Origin: an uncultured delta proteobacterium
GTDB taxonomy: Bacteria > Desulfobacterota > Binatia > DP-6
NCBI GenBank assembly: GCA_963815115.1
Contig: CAWFFN010000005.1
Coordinates: forward strand, 1,312,001 to 1,376,000
Length of the DNA stretch: 64,000 bases
Reading direction: 5' to 3'
Both the position numbers and the translations under genes were made by a program. Within the stretch, counting starts at the first letter, position 1. Every line of letters starts with the position of its first letter. Below the pieces are notes generated by a model. The model saw only the letters and a program-made list of their open reading frames with translations. It had not been told where the DNA came from and did not search any database. Positions 62,859 through 64,000 of this stretch are shown one piece after another.

Positions 62859-62942
62859 CGGGCTGCCCTCCGCCGCGATAGGTTCGCGGTGGACCACGGG
62901 GTCAGCCGAGACGGCGCCCCAAGCATTGAGGAGGGCAGCCCG
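62859..62942 (+). promoter_or_regulatory. 13-bp inverted repeat in the IS110 leader, covering the RBS
   Basis: cgggctgccctcc (62859-62871) / ggagggcagcccg (62930-62942), ending 1 nt before ATG 62943. Confidence 0.6.
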
Positions 62943-64000
62943 ATGCAATGCTCCGTGGGATTGGACGTGCACAGCAAGGCGAGCGTGTTCGTGATCCAGG
63001 ACGGGCACGGGCAGGTGCGAGCGCAGGGGGAAATGTCCACGACCCCGGCCGGCTTCCGGGGCTGGCACGAGGCGCAGCGCCTGCCAGCGGGGACGCCCGT
63101 CGCCTTGGAGACCGGGACGGTGGCCTTTTTTGTCGCGCGCGAGCTGACGGCGCTGGGGTGCGCGCCGCTCGTGGTCGATGCCCGCGAGGTGCGGCTCAAG
63201 GCGCAGCGGCCGACCCAGAAGAGCGACCTGCGGGATGCGTTCGAGCTCTGCGACGGCTTGCGGCGGGGGATCGATCGCACCATCGTGCATGTGCCGCCGC
63301 GGCCCGTTGCCCGGCTCCGCGAGACGCTGGCGCGGCGCCGGCACGTGGTGCGTCTCGAGACCGCGCAGGTGAACGCCGTCAAACGGCTACTGCGAGGCGC
63401 GGGGCTGGCGCGCCTGAGCCGGAGTCTCGGGACTCTGGGGTGGGCTGTGCAGAGCTTCCCTAGTCGCCAGCTTGGCGGGCCACGGCGAGCGGCGCGACTA
63501 CGTCGCACCGCACCGCGAACTGTGGCGCTGCGCGCGCACGCAGCGGGTGGCACTGGAGGGCGCGTTGACCGTGCAGCTGGCCGCGCCCGCGTTCGCCCCC
63601 GCCCTCCGCCGGCTCCAGACCATCCCCGGCGTGGGGCCGATCGTCGCCGCCACCGTCCTGGCGGTCTTCTCCGACGTGCGCCGGTTCGCGGACGCGAAGC
63701 ACGCGGCCAGCTATGCGGGCCTGGTCCCGGCCACGTATCACTCGGGCGACCGCGAGGCCTACGGGCGCATCACGAAGCGGGGGTCCCGGGAGCTGCGCAC
63801 GATGCTGTGCGAGGCGGCCCACCATGCCAGTCGCCCGACCCATCCGTTCCACCCCTACTTCGCGCTGCTTTGTGCGAAGCGCGGCTACAAGATGGCGACC
63901 ATCGCGGTCGCGCACCGGCTCGCCCGGATCACGTTCGCCATGCTGCGCGACGGGACGGACTTCGACGTCGCGCAGCTCACTATCGAGGAGGGCCCGGTCG
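62943..64000 (+). mobile_element. IS110-family transposase, frameshifted near 63460, runs off window end
   Basis: VGLDVH, VALETG, KSDLRDA (DEDD); then in the +1 frame LQTIPGVGPI, RRF......SYAGLVP...SG, ITKRGS, AVAHRLAR. Confidence 0.9.

Larger units (their letters stand above)
55410..64000. mobile_element. second ssrA-associated island (defence/TA cargo); distal end not in window
   Basis: Begins after att copy 2 with a sequence resembling the start of islet 1; accessory gene content. Confidence 0.6.

Overview
GC-rich bacterial chromosome segment; gene content and tmRNA tag suggest a deltaproteobacteria-like lineage such as Binatia (inference). Left part (1-21.8 kb): housekeeping genes (CoA-transferase, mtnA, nagZ, deoxynucleoside kinase, pan-RNA leader, panBCD-smpB), secreted proteins, an FGE/CLec protein whose C-terminus looks like a DGR variable region, a hybrid histidine kinase and a collapsed gas-vesicle remnant. 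Centre (21.8-48.2 kb) is the main result, an apparently uncharacterised trans-envelope redox locus. One operon encodes a GlcG/HbpS heme-binding protein, a decaheme cytochrome, a NuoE-NuoF fusion, a NuoG-type Fe-S module fused to two cNMP-binding domains and a 4x[4Fe-4S] ferredoxin, a His-rich membrane protein and SthA. A divergent operon encodes an outer-membrane barrel and a 1295-aa multiheme/LVIVD protein. Beside them lie a TPR-barrel/FecR/CHASE2 adenylate cyclase/cNMP module, a c554-like cytochrome and an MscS-cNMP channel. The leftward operon carries five +1 frameshifts (sequencing error or decay). Right part: ppk1, an oxidoreductase, tmRNA, then tandem ssrA-integrated islands with a PLD-helicase-DUF3427 protein, many toxin-antitoxin modules and remnants, and a frameshifted IS110-family transposase. 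All calls come from motif reading only; no database searches were run.
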